A stretch of DNA of 63,112 bases, the filler included, from Lenisia limosa (Eukaryota > Protista > Breviatea), in NCBI GenBank assembly GCA_001655205.1. It is 17 parts of 17 records of this genome, joined end to end, with 100 filler letters (N's around TTAATTAATTAA, not from the genome) between each part and the next. Parts side by side here need not be neighbours in the genome. Positions count along the whole stretch, not along the records: positions 59,857 to 61,850 come from LPNZ01005244.1; positions 61,951 to 63,112 come from LPNZ01007701.1; 15 more parts are not named here. The stretch is one strand, 5' to 3'. Under the pieces are notes generated by a model, which saw only the letters and a list, made by a program, of their open reading frames with translations, searched no databases and had not been told where the DNA came from. This document shows positions 60,251-63,112 of the stretch, one piece after another. The stretch's first letter is position 1. Every line of letters starts with the position of its first letter. Made by a program: the position numbers and the translations under genes.

Positions 60251-61950
60251 TTTTTGCGAAGATTTTTGGTGGGTTTTGGATTACTGTTTGCTTTATATTC
60301 TTTGTTTTTTCTCTCTTTATATTTGGATTGACACAAAAAAAGATTGGTGGGGGTGGGACGTCTCTTTCCAAGCTGTGTTGTTTTCACAAACATTTATGTG
60401 GTTTAAATTTATTTCCTAGCTTGTGCACGTGTTGAGCACTGACCGGAAATATACCGAGTTTTTCCACAATGTAGGATTGTTTTAGGTTTTAACTGAGTTT
60501 TGTTGAGTGAGACGTTGTTAAATTTTTTTTGTATGTTTGTGAGTTTGATGAACTGTAGTATTATTGTTGATCCTGTGGTACTTTTGAAAAGACAACAATA
60601 CGTATGTATTGGAAAAACTACAAATCATCAGACACAAAAAACAAACAATCAGTAAACAGAGGAGAAACAGGATTCTCTGGTACAGAAACATTCAAATTGA
60701 GGGACGCAGAAACCTGTGTACACGTTGTTAGGCAAATGATTAGGTGAATTAATATTGTTCTCTAATTAAAAGCATGAGGTCGGCCGGATACAGACTTGTT
60801 TTTCTTCTAGCTTTCTGATTGATAATATTAAAGTAGACTAAGCGAAAAAGAAAAGATAACACAATACATCAAGATCAAGTCAGAAATAATAATAATAGCT
60901 TTTAAAATCACAATTGACTTACCTCTTGTTTGTGTGATTATGCAAACTCTGGACTTGGCGGACAGATATCAACACCCTCGCCATGGATGACTACAGCGCG
61001 TGGTTTATCGGAGGCTGAGCTGGAAACTTACCTGTTTCAATATTAGAGTTTCTATTTAAAAAAATTGCAAAATTTGAAGTGCAACATATTACAATGTAAA
61101 CTCAATTTCAGACAGTTTCATTTCATTTTGTTATTTTATTCAAATAATGTAATTGCACGGGGTCGAATCTTACGACCAAGACGTACGTTTTCGATAGCCT
61201 CGAGCCTCTTTCCTTCAACGATACCGATTTATCTATTTAACATTCAGGTAAATACTTCATGTCTCATTTCTGGTACGATGCAATGACACCTTGTAGTTCT
61301 TCCTTACATTGGGCCGAACTCTATCCCTTTTCAAGAATCGTGGGGGGGGGGGGGGGNNNNNNNNNNNNNNNNNNNNNNNNNNNNNNNNNNNNNNNNNNNN
61401 NNNNNNNNNNNNNNNNNNNNNNNNNNNNNNNNNNNNNNNNNTATACAACATGAGAAGTCTCATAGGAGAAGAAACGACAATAACTTAGGCAAATGAGAGG
61501 TGGAAGGTCATGTCAATTGCCTCATACGGTGCTGGGTTTTGTCCGTTCATGACCTCAACCTGGAATGTCACATCCAAAAGGGGACATAATTATATATCAT
61601 TTTATTTGACTCCGCAGTTCCCGAAAAAATGTTGAGAATTTCAAAGTCCAGTGTGGTTATTTATATCAATATTAAAACAATAATATCTTTTTCTGAGTGA
61701 GAGAACACAGAGGATCCCACTAATATGAAGAATCGCGTATCCGTGATAGAAAAACCAGATAATATTAGAAAACATAAGTAGGTATTGATATATCATAGAT
61801 TAGAAACGTAACACGACACAATCATAGTTATCATATCTAGAATAAAACAANNNNNNNNNNNNNNNNNNNNNNNNNNNNNNNNNNNNNNNNNNNNTTAATT
61901 AATTAANNNNNNNNNNNNNNNNNNNNNNNNNNNNNNNNNNNNNNNNNNNN

Positions 61951-63092
61951 CATGGTCTCATCAAGATCGTCGTCGCCGGCATTGATGCGGTGGACAAGAC
62001 GGGCAACCAGGTGCTGCTCCTCAGCAAACTCCTCGGGGTCGTCGTCCTCTTCTTTGGGCTAAGGAATTAGTTAGTTAGGCAGGGAAAAGATTGACAAAAA
62101 ACAAATGTTAACATTGTCAACCAATATTACCTCAGCCCCTCATACTGCACCAGATTCGTCGGAAATAAGGGGCTTTATAAGGTCAAGAACGGCAATACAG
62201 TCCTTGGTTGTGGTGATGCTGGATTTCATGCGGTTCAAGCTGGGGGGAAGGGAATGTATCAGAGCACCAACACAGAGAAAAAAAAAGAAAGGCATGGCTT
62301 ACCTCTCGCAAATGTGACGGGCAAAGTGCCTTCTCTGATCATAAGGCAGGTACTTCACGAGGGGAAGGTAGTAGGCAAGGGAAAGGACAGTCTGGATCTT
62401 GCTGTAGTTGTCGAGGGGAAGGTTCAGAAGGGCCAGAATCTGCAAAGGTCACTGGTCCAGCATTTTATTGTAACACTGCGATTCACTTGATCCAATTGCC
62501 TATTATTACTGTTTCACAATCTGCTCGATGTTCACAAGAGAAAAAAGCCCACCTGCTGGACAATAGAATCATGTCCAATGTCGACGCTGAAAGGTGAGAC
62601 AATTTACGCCAAGACTCAAATGAATAATTAATATTATTCTAATATAATATCTCAGGCTCCACTTTCGCCAATGAAGACCGGAGGAAGGGGGGGGGGGGCT
62701 ATANNNNNNNNNNNNNNNNNNNNNNNNNNNNNNNNNNNNNNNNNNNNNNNNNNNNNNNNNNNNNNNNNNNNNNNNNNNNNNNNNNNNNNNNNNNNNNNNN
62801 NNNNNNNNNNNNNNNNNNNNNNNNNNNNNNNNNNTCACCTCATTGCAGTAACGAAGAATTCTGTCGACGTATTTGACCTTACCTTGCAAGTTGGAGGGAA
62901 TGTGGAAGACAAAAAAAAAGCAAGGACATATTCATAAATCTCCAATAAGTGGGGTGATACATCCAACATACGAGGGTACACCTTAATGGCAAGGGTGAGG
63001 AGAGAAACCTGCATTTCGAGTAAGTGGTCCATGGGCATATCGGGGATGACAGTAGCCACCTTCTGCACCTCATCGCCGAACACTTCAACAAG
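61951..63092 (-). CDS. VPS35: Retromer subunit VPS35, central exons (partial)
   Basis: DMPMDHLLEMQVSLLTLAIKVYP|RKVKYVDRILRYCNE; ILALLNLPLDNYSKIQTVLSLAYYLPLVKYLPYDQRR; IAVLDLIKPLISDE; DPEEFAEEQHLVARLVH - each matches VPS35 motifs, in order. Confidence 0.92.
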
Positions 63093-63112
63093 CTGGGGGG
63101 GGGGGGGGATTA

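Noticed and set aside
4857-61906. Recurrent TTAATTAATTAA palindrome as a biological repeat or CRISPR-like array
   Set aside because: Always centred in equal N runs; it is an all-frame-stop scaffolding linker. Gene adjacency across it is not synteny.
1-63112. rRNA, tRNA, snRNA genes or CRISPR arrays
   Set aside because: No diagnostic signatures recognised by eye; tRNAscan-SE or Infernal would be needed to exclude divergent copies.

Overview
Eukaryotic, intron-rich genomic DNA from a flagellated protist (IFT22 is present; the lineage cannot be fixed from this window). It is not one locus: about 17 contigs/scaffolds are joined by an artificial N44-TTAATTAATTAA-N44 linker, there are many internal N gaps (often starting at G/C homopolymers), and single-base homopolymer frameshifts occur in otherwise good genes. 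Recognisable host genes (mostly partial, GT-AG introns often ~37-75 nt with a YTRAY branch point close to the AG): CHASE-domain membrane sensor, tandem PNP-like protein, IFT22, two head-to-head ABCA-like N-termini, THUMPD1/Tan1, a filamin/actinin-type CH domain, an RCC1-repeat plus Cys-rich protein, TSEN34, BLOC1S6 and VPS35. The main accessory element is a decayed tyrosine-recombinase retrotransposon (DIRS/Ngaro class, ~16.1-20.5 kb: ORF1 with CCHC knuckle, RT/RNase H, YR). Its YR frame appears to be interrupted by a host-style 43-nt spliceosomal intron and is preceded by a splice acceptor, which is the most unusual signal found. Also present: a ~100-bp hAT-like MITE family (8-bp TSDs), a ~78-bp Tc1/mariner-like MITE family (TA TSD), two further dispersed intronic repeats (one always in pre-mRNA sense orientation), and poly-C tracts directly before many 3' splice sites. 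Gene spans are approximate and were derived by manual translation and splicing, without database searches.
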